A DNA stretch of 54,315 nucleotides from Phoronis australis. Its lineage: Eukaryota > Animalia > Phoronida. Below are positions 12,101 to 24,100 of this stretch, one piece after another. A program made the position numbers and the translations under genes. Location of the stretch: assembly GCA_002633005.1 (NCBI GenBank), contig NMRA01000365.1, forward strand, positions 397,503-451,817. Reading direction: 5' to 3'. Positions within the stretch are counted from its first letter, which is position 1, and the number at the start of each line of letters is the position of its first letter. Below the pieces are notes generated by a model, which was given only the letters and a program-made list of their open reading frames with translations, was not told the origin of the DNA and made no database searches.

Positions 12101-15100
12101 TGCGCATTTTATTATGTTTCCGCGTAAAAAAAAAATCGAATTTGATATAAAATTTCCGCGGCAAATTCCTTTCTCACCGCGGCGTTGCAGACGACGTTCA
12201 CCTCGAAAAGCGGAAGTTGCTCTTTATGTTTCGGAGGAATGTAAATTGTCAACATTGCCGGGGCATCTGGGATAGCGTGGTGGGATTTTCAATGGCGTCT
12301 CATGTTATTGTAAATCGCGGCGACAAATACTACGCCTCTGCAGCCAAAAATGTGTGGGTTGGGAGCAGACGGACGAAACAACTCGATTTCTATCCCACGG
12401 CCAGGTGTTAGGGCAATCTTTATTTACATTTACATTACTCAAATAATGATTGTCAATGTACAACTTCTGCCCTGACGATGCTGTGGCCAAAGCGAAACCT
12501 GAATTCGCGGCCCCTGACGAGTAAGTAGATTTGCAGGTTCGTGGCTAATTCACCAACATAATCAGGTGCACATTACTTTGGCTCACTATTATAGTATTTT
12601 CTTGACTGGAAGTTTAGTTTCCTCTGAACTTTGGCTGGTTTATGTTCGTGATGTCTGATCAGTTTCCGAGTCACATGAACGAGTCAATCCGGCCGGCTCG
12701 ATGGGCCTGATCGGGGTCCGAGCCACTGGCCAGGCTAACGAGCGTTTTGTGTTTAGAACTCAAAAAATCACAAGTCTAAACAACACAGATCTAGATTCTC
12801 CTGTCTGTATCTCACGGAAAATACTTCGAATTTATCTCCAAACAGGCCCCAAACTCCTGCCACAGACCTTATTGGCCTACCGAACTTTGTAGGCTACGGT
12901 GTGTCCAAATACTAATAAATCCGTAAGAGCGAAATAAAACAACACATTTTTATAAGAACAAAGTGTATTTTTAAGGATTTTATATCGAAGTTTGATGATT
13001 TATTGGTGTTAAACGATGACTTCAAGCGATAAGCTGACACCAGTAACCTGTGTTGTGAACTGCTGAACAGACTGCGTGTGAAACCGATGACGTCATTGGA
13101 TAATTTCAACACCTCCGTCTGCCGTCAGGTGTCGGGTAACGCAACCGTACGTGTCGTTATGGAGTAGAACTACTCGATCTAAATTGATACAAATTAGGTT
13201 GTTTTTTGGGTGGCATGCTCCTTTAAGAGACTTTTTAAAGGACTTAATTTTGAGTTCAAGATTTAAAAAATCATTTTCTTTTTTTGTTATGACTAAAAAT
13301 ATTTCCAGACTCTGGTTGGTTTGCCAGTCCACTTGAAGCTTTAAAGTGGATCATACACACTCTTTTTCTCGACCTAAATATAACCCTTCACATTTCTTAA
13401 TATTTAGCTGGAGACCAGAGAGTAAACCAAAATGTTCTAAAAATTTGAGACAATTCATGCCAGAATTTTTGTCATGATGAAATAAGGTAGTGTCATCTGC
13501 ATACTGGAGAATTTTTACTTCAGTTTTCTCAACACTTATGCCTTTAATTAAATTACACTTTCATATATAATTGGCCATAACTTCAACAGCTTGGCAAAAT
13601 AGTGGACCCGACAATGAATCACCCTGTTTTACACCCCTTTCTAAACGAAAATAATCTGTTGTAAAACCGTTATTGACAACACAAGCTGTTGGTTTGTTAT
13701 AGATTATTTCTACCCATCGCGTAAAACCCTGTCCAAAATTAAAAGCCTTCAAAGCTTGAAAAATAAAGTGCCATTTTATTGTATCATACGCCTTGCAAAA
13801 GTTCAAAACAAAAATGTGTCATTGACCATCAGTAATGTTTGTATAAGAAATTATATCCTGAATGATACTAATATTGTATCCTATATATCGTCCTTTAATA
13901 GCTCTTTGACCTTGTTGAACCAGTTTTCCCATGATATTATTTATATGGGCTGTAAGAACTTTAGTAAGTATTTTATAATCAGTATTCAATAGAGATATTG
14001 GACGCCAATTATCCAAGGACTGGAGCTCGACATCATCTTTTGACTTGGGTAGGAGCGTTATTGCTCTTTGTCTCTGTGATGTAGATAATTCTCCCACTGA
14101 AAAACTATATTCAAAAGCTTCAAGTAAAGAGTTTTAACTTCATGCTAGAAGCGTTTATAAAATTCGTAAGTTAGCCCATCATTTCCTGGAGACTTATTAT
14201 TTTTCCAAGTTTTTAAAACTTCATAAAATTCACCCTCTTTTAAAGGTTCATCCAGTTCTTCAAAATCACAGGGTGGTACATCACTGGCGATATTAAATAG
14301 ATCTGGTATAGTGGATAGTGTTTCCAATTGACGATCTGTGAAAACAGGAGTAATAATGAGTCAATTCTGACCTGATTTCAGCATGATCTCTTATCAAGTG
14401 CCCATTATTATTTTTAAGGATACTTATACACTTTTTCTTAAATTTCTTTTCCCCAATGAGACAAAAACTTTTGGGCTACTCTCCACTTCCTCAATTAACT
14501 GGGCTTTACTTCTTAACATTTGTCTTCGTACTCTATGAGTTTATCCGTTGCGAATTGGACTTGGCTTTTTCCAAATTCTGTACATTTCCATCATCAATTC
14601 TAACATCATTTAGTTCTCCTGTTAAGTTGTTGATAATTTCAATCAATTTCTCTTCCTCAGCATTTTCTATTTACTTTTTTCTTTTCGAGTATGTCATAGT
14701 ATATTCCCTTGTTTTCATTTTAACCATTTCGCATTTGGTATGTTTATTACTTAGATAAACATACTCTTTAAACATTATTCTGATTGCACCACCAACAATA
14801 TTATTTAGCTTATAACATGTAAAAAATGTTCTCTCCAATACATAGGACACAATAGGTAATCATTTCAATTCCAAAAACCATAATCTTCAAGATCTTTCTG
14901 TACAAATAATAGAAAAACTCCAATACCCCAGTACCCCTCACAGACTCAAGAGAGAACAATTTTGGATAGACAAGCTCAATACACTAGAACCTCATGGATT
15001 AAACATAAAAACTTCTTAAATGATATCAATGATTTTTTTTTCTGCAACAATGTATCATATTCATTCCGCCACACCTTAAATGTCAATTGTCATATAGTGT

Positions 15101-18100
15101 TTGGTTTTACTTTATTTCTGTTTCTGTTGACAAAAGATGTCATTATATCCGAAAATTTCAGTTGATCATTCTTGTTGTTTTATTTACATATATATCTTCA
15201 ACACAGGTATTTATAATTATGTTTAAGTTAGTTACATATTCTTCATCTTCGAAAAGACTATTATTAATTTTCCATAATCCAAGCCCATTCTGACGACCTT
15301 TGATTAATGGGACCAGTTGAATGAAACAGTCCCAATTGGGACTCGACTACATTGCCTTATTTCTCAGTTTATTTCAAGACTTTATTGACTATCGTATTTT
15401 TCTTGTCACGTTACTTATGACATTTTCTAATGATACAGTTTGAAAATTTATTTCAATGAAAATAAATGAGGACTGAGTTGAATTCTTCACATTTGAAAAT
15501 ATATATAAGGATCTTTTCATACAACTCCCCTAATTCAAGGACTCAGTCTGTTTCTCCACCTGTGTCACCTGATTGGACTGTTGTGAACTTTTGTCTTTTG
15601 TCTTGAGAATGGTTTATAGACAATATGTCGTTGTTTACATAGGCTCTGGTTATAAAGTTATTACTTTGTCCCTATTGATTTCACCAATATCAAGACTTGG
15701 ACCCTATATCAATTCCTTAATAGTATTTATTTTCATTGCCATAATCTTTCCGTGCAACATCCTTTGATTATTTATATTAATTTATTTTCACTAATATAAA
15801 AAATTCTCAACAGAAGGTTACTCTTGGTATGTATTAAAACTAAAACTCGGTGTAACAATGAAGGTGGAATATCAAAAGAAAGAACAATCAAGAAGTCCAC
15901 AAATGCAAACTTGTAGTTGAGTCCCTGTTAGGACTGTTTTTTGCAATGGGCCACAGGAAAGCAGTAATTGGAGTTACAAATATTTCGAAGATAACAAGTG
16001 ATTTTTTTTCAGGGCTTGGAATTTTCCTCGTGTAAGAGGATTTCATCTTTTTTGGTTTTGATTTCCTCTTTGATTTCCAGTTTCCTCTTTTTTGTCTCTT
16101 GTTTGTCATCATTTTGACTTATTTATGCTAAAACGTTTATTTCACTTAAATTTTACAACACAAGAAAATATTTCTATCACACAAGTCTATTTATTTGCAG
16201 AATGATATGTCACACGGAAATTTTTCCTCTTTTTTGTCACTGGTCATTCCAAGCCCTGTTTTTTGTTTTTGGTCAAAAAACGGTGAAAACGTTGAATTTT
16301 CCACTTAGGACATTATGCCTCTTGCCATTATAATGTTTTCTACTAGGCATTGCAAGCTGATCTGAATGATGGGCGGTTGAAGTACTTTGGTCAGGATTTC
16401 ATGAAGTTACCTCGGCTCCACGCATTTGATGCATTGTCCAGTGGCTCAGAATCAGAGTACTTTCCAGAGGAAAAGGACAATGTCTCCATCTATAGGTGTA
16501 TTAAGACACAGACATCCTGGGAGGAAGGTGAATGATTTCGGAGAAACAAGTACTCACAAAAAGTCAGCACCTTCTGCTTTTTGCTTGTACTTTCCAAGAA
16601 ATCAAAGATGAATATGTTTCATACATCTGTATGTGTGCTCAGTGGCAAATTCATGACAGTTTCATATGTATGTGATTTTTGTCTTTCGGTGAGAGAAACT
16701 CGTTTTGAGAAAAACACTCAAGTAAAACAAAATTACAATTTGTATGGTTTATATTGTTTCTTTGTCTTGGTAATGTGGCTTTAGTTGAAATGTTAAAGGT
16801 GAATTTCACTGCTTTTCACGATATAAATATTGATTTCAAGCAATTGGCTCTGAAACTCCCTTGCCATGATAGCAATTGATTTCTGCTGTCAAAAGGAATT
16901 TAAGGATCTCCTGCCAGTGACCTAATTTAGGAAGGGCTGGTAACCCAATTTATGAAGAGTTGGACAACCTCGCCAAACACCTTTTACTTCTGATGGCAAC
17001 TAATTTTTAATCATAGTATATAAAATATATAGATATAGATATATGAGCAACCTGAATTGTCATTTACATTTTAGGATGAGGTTAAGGAATATACCCCTTT
17101 AAGGCCAAAAAAATATAGTTGGTGCTTTCCAAACACGAGACCTTGGCTGAAAGTGATGGGGGCTGGTTTATTTTTTAGTTTGTGAGTGCAGGTATCAAAA
17201 TGAGTTGGGGTACACACCGGAATCCTTTATGGTTTTTTGGCCTGATAGGACTGTTTAAGACCATTGTCAATGGATTACACTGGTACTGACAGAAATTTAT
17301 CGAAACATTTCAAATTCGTGCTCAATTGAAGTTACATTGAGCCCTACATCGGTCAGTCAAAAATACCCAACTTCAAAGTAAGATAAAATGAGAATGAAGA
17401 CTTTTTAGGCTAAAAATAACACCACAGTATATCCATAGAAAACTTATTCTGTGACTTCTGTGATGATCTCAAATCTTATCAGAATACTAGACATATGCCA
17501 TTGTGTGAAATGGGTTGTCTCAAGCTAATTGTCACATTGTGCTCGATATAACATTAATCTTTATGTATCATTGAATATGATCCAGTGAAAGAAGCCCTAA
17601 ACATTTCAAATGTAAGCATGTTGCTGAAACTGGAGCTGCACTGTGTAAATCTTTCATTTTGTTAATAACTATTTTTTCATTTTTTCATCGTGGGGTGAAA
17701 TTTGTTAAGTTTTGCAATAAATCATCACGAATTTCTCACTGAGAGCATATTTGTAATGGTTTTCTTCAATTTCTTAGAAATTAAGGGTGTGTTTGCTTTT
17801 TTGAGTAAAGGACACTGCATACGATGAGCCACACGAACCTGAATCCTAATTTGCAAAGCGGGTTATCAGCTAGTGAGAGACGTGCTCTGTGAAATATGCC
17901 AGTTAGGCAGCCTTATTTTTGGTTCGTTGCTAGTAGGTCCATATGTTTGCTATGTGCTTAACTAAGTAGCATTCACATCTTGAGGCTAAGCACCTAGCTT
18001 ATCTTCTGCAGTCAATAGTTTTTTATTTTTTTTAGTCTTCCTACATTGTAGCTGTGAATGCACGCAAGTTCTCAAATCATGGTCCGATGACAGCTGTGTT

Positions 18101-21100
18101 ATGGACCTTAAAAACAACAAAGCATTTAGGTGGTGCTACTGATCTTTTATCTGATTTATGAAGGAGCATGTGCACCCAGTGCTGTATGAAGGGAAGTAAC
18201 CCATTAACTTGTACTTACTACTCTTCATATAAAGCTGCAGTGTTCCCACCTTCTGTCATAAAATAACTTTTTGTTCAGAAGACTGCCTGTTAAAAATAGT
18301 CTCAAATTATAAGGACTGAAACAGTTAACTGTTTTTGGTTCAGATTCTGATTTTAGAAATGAACAAAATCTTATCTGTACATTTCATTTTTACATTGCAA
18401 ACTCATTTTGCTTTTAGCGTTTTGTCACTTCTGTTCATGAGATTACACTTGGTTTAGTTAGTGCAGTTACTGACAGCATATGTTGTCCTCAACTCTCTAA
18501 TAACCAGTGCAACGTTGTTAGCTCAAATGTAATTCATCACATTTACAAAGTCAACCGCTGAGATGGCTTTATAGACCTGGGATTGTATATGAAGCCTGTC
18601 AGCCAATGTCTGCTCAATGAAATTGAAGTGTTTTCTGTTTTATTACGGAGCATTAGAATGTGCCAAGTTCAGTTTGTGTTATAAAAGTGTACTGCACAAG
18701 CACGGTTATGTGTAATACTTCAAACACTGTTTTTTTTACCAAATTGAATAGCACTGATAGATCAAACCTGAGAGACAGTGATAGTGAATGACTGCCACTG
18801 TCAACTGTGTTGAGTGTGTATATTCAGAAAGCGTTTTCAATGGGACTATTCGACAATCTTTACCTTAGAGAGTGCGCGTGTACTAGTGGTGGTATATTAA
18901 GCAACCTCGATTTTGTGAGCCCTTTAATACATGGTGAAATGGCTTGCAGCCGTGCCAACTGAATCTGAGATTGTGTGAAAGGGTGCTTCTACGAGAGGAA
19001 GTAAGCATGACCTTACACAAAGGTAAGGTTTGTGATTATTATAACAATTATTCCATGTTTACTATACTGATGGCTGTTAACTGAGGTACTCGTCAATGTA
19101 GACTTCGCAGCAGTCGCCAGTTGGGTTAATCATTGTTTATTGTGGTGTGTTACGATACTTGATGTAGCACTCGGGATCTTTTAGTACGTCAAAGCAGTAT
19201 TATTAATGTTTGCAATGGTTTCTAACAGGTCAATCAATGCTGAATGTTGGTGATTGTTTATGCTATCAACTTGATATTAGTTATTAGTAAGATTACGATC
19301 CAAGCCCAAAGAGATCTTGACCAATATCCATCAGGCTATTTGTTTACTCCCTATCCTATGTCTTTTTGAAATCTGTTACATGCTGACATCATAACTGTTT
19401 TTACCTGACCTTTGGTTTTTAGGCTTGAGGGCTAGTACCGTGTAGAGGAGATATGCATCGCTTCTGCAACCGTCCCTGAATGGATAAAAATTGGTTTTAA
19501 GCATTTGACTGAAGCTAACCAGCAAGATCTTCCTATGCAGTGCAGCTATGTTGTCAAAGCCTACTTTCTATATCGAGGACAAAGAACAAAGCCTTTGAAA
19601 AGAGTCAGCTATTTTTTTAAGAAATGTATGTAAGTTGTGTTCTTAATTTACTTATTCAGGCCCTTAGCGGGAGGTTGGCATAGGGGGTTGGGGTTGTAAA
19701 ATTTGCTGCAACTGAATGTTTTAAACTAGCAGGTAATAGTTTCTGGGGCAAAGCATGGTGTCAATTCTTAACCTTCATGAAGTTTTGTCATGTTTCATGA
19801 AACTGTTTTGCTATCCATTGTAAACAGGTAAAAATGTATTACATTTTCTCAATTCTCATAACAGTCTTAACTCATGCCTTGAAATGTTGCAAGTCATTTA
19901 TGAATTCATATGACTGCCAGTTTTTGTGAAAATTGCATTTTTGCTGTGAACATATGAGTAAGGTCGTATTTGAAGGTATTATTCTTGCTGCCAATATGCA
20001 AGCAATGGCGCCTCAGGATTTTTAATTACTCTTAAACAACAGAAAGATTATCCATCATTTTTTAAATGGCCCAAGTCTTCATATCTTCTATTTGAAGAAA
20101 AATAAAAAAATTTGAAGAATTGTTCCCTCAACCTTAGACCATATAAGTGTGCTTGACAGACCCATGAATCTGTAATCGTTTAAAATTGCTGAAAGTATCA
20201 AACATCAAAAGGCTTGAAAGTGGATGACAAAGGTTTGAAGTTGTCTCAAATGACTTACATATTTTGCAGACAGGTGATGCGTTTAAAGAATTGTTGTGGC
20301 TAGGAATGAAAAATAGAGATGCAGTTTTATACAATAGTCATTATATATAACCTTGCTTTCTGCAAATAGCAATTATTTAATTTTGTGTGAAATTGAAGAA
20401 CAGTTACCATATCATATATTTGAAAAACTGGCAACCTTTCTGACCCAACCTGAAGTACTTAATTATTCATGCTTCAATATTTGTTGCAGGTTCATTGACA
20501 TTTGTAAGGCCACTTCAAGCCGCAACATAGACAAGCTTTGTTACTCCTTTCTGTTCCCACAGCATGTCCACTGACAATTAGTGTTGCATGGCACACTGTA
20601 CAAGCCAGTGGCTCTGGAGAAATTTGAATCGCAGTACTAAGTTACGATAAGAAAATGTGCCAGTGGATTGTTTTTGTGTGAAGAGGCACTATATGTGACT
20701 GCTACACCAGCCAGCCTAATTGGTGAGGAGGCCCTTTCATAAGCAATGAGTCATGTGTGGACAACAATGGCTTATTTCCTTTCCTCGAAGGAGCATGAGG
20801 GACTGAACCTAAAGAAGACTTATTAACACTCTGGTCTAGGTCAGGGTCAGATTTTGGGCCCAAAGCAAGTCAAGTGATATGCTGTTTTTATCTTCAAGGA
20901 TCTAATTTTGGTTGTTATTGAGGCAAAGGAAAGCCACGTGCCGAAACTGGACCTTGTTTACAAGCGCATCTATAGGTCATTGAAACTAGATCCCAGTGAA
21001 ATGAAAATCAAAAGCATCTGGTGTACCTGTCCTTTCTCACTGAGTGACATTAACTTTTCTTTTCTGAAGAAAGGCTTTATACTAATAATGAAAACTTCCA

Positions 21101-24100
21101 TTTGGTACATATTACCCGGAAATGACATTCAGTGACTTCATCGATTGTCTTATTGTCAGTGGAAAACTCGTTAATGTTACACTTACATGATCGAATCAAT
21201 TTTTCACCAACAGGCAAGTTTGTCACTAATTATTCAAACCACAATATTTCTTCAGCTTTAAAGCCCTTTACAGTGCAGTTGTGCTGCTTCTTTATGAAAT
21301 GATTACCAATTACGCTTCAAATTGTCATTCCCTTTGTTTGCATTTGATTTGTTTATGTGTGTAACTATTTTTAGAGCTTTCTTAAGAAGGCCTTTGAACA
21401 GTTTTAATCTTTATGTTAACTTGTCTATAACAAAAGTTACACATGCAAGCAAAATGTGTTTTCAGTCAAAGCTAGCTGTATAAGAATCTGCTGTTCACAA
21501 GATTCAAGAATAAACAATAATCAGTTTATTTAAAAACAAAATGGCAAACTGAACAACCACATACATACATACATACATACATACATACATACATACATAC
21601 ATACATACATACAAAGGAATAACACTGTTAAAAACAATTGTAATTTTCCCAATGCAACAGAGTCCATAATCAGGGATATCAACTAGTTTTGTAAGGCAGA
21701 ACATACTTGACATTTCACCTTCATGTTTATATGTAGAAACTAATACGGTTAAGCCTCACCAATTTCGGACAAAAATAATTGCCAAAATTGTTCTTTCTTC
21801 ATTTTCCAAACACTTCTAATATTGTTGTGAATGTCCACAGTTGCTGGAAACATTGTTTGAAGGTAGCTGTGGCGTGGACCTTTAAAATGATGTAGCATCT
21901 ATATGGTGTTACTTATCTTCTATTAATAAAGTTCGCTTCTCCACCATGTTGTCTCCTAAATTGGTGAGATTCTAATGTAGTCTTTGTACCTAAGCCTTAT
22001 TTATGATCTGAATTAAAATACGTGAAACAAGCAAAAAGTGATTTAAGATTGTACATTTTTCATGACACCTAAAATGTGTTTCTGATCTCAACCAGTAAAA
22101 TTCATTCTAGGTGTTAATATTCATTCCAATGCAATGTTACGAATTAACTGAATAGCCCATTCTGGTAGTCCCAGGGAGTGGGGTCCGCTGTAAAATCAGG
22201 AAACTCCCTCGTCTAGAGAATTTATTGGACATAGCAAAGTTTTGAAGACTAACTCCTGTGAAGAAGTCACCCTTGGTTACTGAGCGGCACGTCTCTTACT
22301 CCTCTTATATTGGGAGCACTCCAACCCAGGACAATATGGGGTGCTAGCCTATCATCTGGGTCCTGGGTAAGTTTCTGAAAAGAAACACTTAGTTCCACTG
22401 AATAAACCCATTTTTCAGTGGGGTAACTGGTGAGGATAACATCACTGAACGATGTTGATAGAAACTAATTGCTAAAAACATACCAAGTAACGTGATTCTG
22501 TAGTCTCAATGTAGTCTTTTTACCAGATGTTTACATGTAGACAGCAACGGATGCGCAATTCAATCACCACTAGTACAGCAGCGACACTGAGGGAAATTCG
22601 TCGAATAGTCCTATTGCTAGGAATAGTACTTATACCTTTCCAATGTGAACATTCCATACCGTACCGCACCTAGCATGACTATAAAAACTGCATTGCATTA
22701 AATGGGATGCATCATTCCATGTGTTAGATCACATACCTGAGAAAGGGTTCTTTTATAACTATCCAGCTTAGTAACATTGTAATTTTTTGTTTTTGACATG
22801 TAACTTGCACATTTTGTGACATGTAACTTGCACATTTTGTTGCATGTAACTTGCACATTTTGTGACATGTAACTTGCACATTTTGTTGCATGTAACTTGC
22901 ACATTTTGTTGCATGTAACTTGCACATTTTGCGAGATGTAACTTGCACATTTTGTGACATGTAGCTTGCACATTTTGTTGTATGTAGCTTCTGCATTTTG
23001 TGGCATGTAACATGCACATTTTGTGGCATATAGCTTGCACATTTTGTGGCATGTAACTTGTACATTTTGTGGCATGTAGCTTGCTCATTTTGTGGCATAT
23101 AACTTGCACATTGTTTTTCAGGGTATCTGCCAGTTGGCATTGGTCTTGCGTTTCTTACAAAAAAAGCAAAACCATGAGCTAAAAACCAAAACCATGACCC
23201 GAAAACCAAAACTAAACGGAAACAAAAAAGATTAAGCACAATTGGAGCCCTACAAACTAGAAAGATTATTGTCACGGCGTGACAATAATGGACTCTGCGC
23301 GTATGTATTAAACGAATTGTTATGGAAAGTTACTGAAAGTAACCCATTAACCAATTTGAAAAGAAATTCTTTAAAATTGTAGGAAAAATAACATGTTAAT
23401 ATTTTGATGACCTTTCCACTAATTGACCTCTGTCGGTGCAATATGAGCCCGAATGAGGGAATAATTGTAAACTTGATTAAAAGTGTGATTAATGCAAAAA
23501 ATCACAGATGTTTTACTGTAAGCACTTTAGAATACAACATGAATGAATTGGTCAAACTTTCAGGAGAAAAATGCACCTAATGACCCCATGGGTGCACCAA
23601 ATGACCTGATAATTTAGAATTCAAACACAATCACATTTACTAAACTGATGTTTAATTTTGAAGTCTCTAGCTCAAAGTTTTAGTTTGCACTCAGTGACCT
23701 TAGACCTATTTTTCTGATTGGTTAGGCCTATTGCATAGTAAAGTAGGACGTTCGATTGGCATGGTGACTTATACCAGTGTGCTGAACTTGAAAAAAATTC
23801 CTTGAAAAATGTAGGGTATATAACATTTTAACGTTGATGACCTTTGCAATAATTGACCCTATCCTGTGCATTTTAAGTGTCTTTAAGAAAATTATTGCAA
23901 TGCCCACGAAAAATGTGTTTAATGCTGAGAATCACAGTTGTCTAACAGTTGACACATCAGAATACTTGGTGAATGAAAAGGACAAATTTTCAGAAGAAAA
24001 ATGCACCTAATGACCTCATGGTTGCACTAAATGACCTGAAACTTCGTATTTCAAATTGAATTGGACGTACCAATCAGACTTGTGAATTTGAAGTGTCTAG

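Noticed and set aside
17460-17630. Box C/D snoRNA candidate (TGTGATGA...CTGA)
   Set aside because: The boxes are far apart, with no terminal stem and no recognisable guide sequence.
22698-23275. Cys/His-rich repetitive ORFs of 113-183 aa
   Set aside because: They are translations of a 23-bp minisatellite that is open in all three - strand frames.
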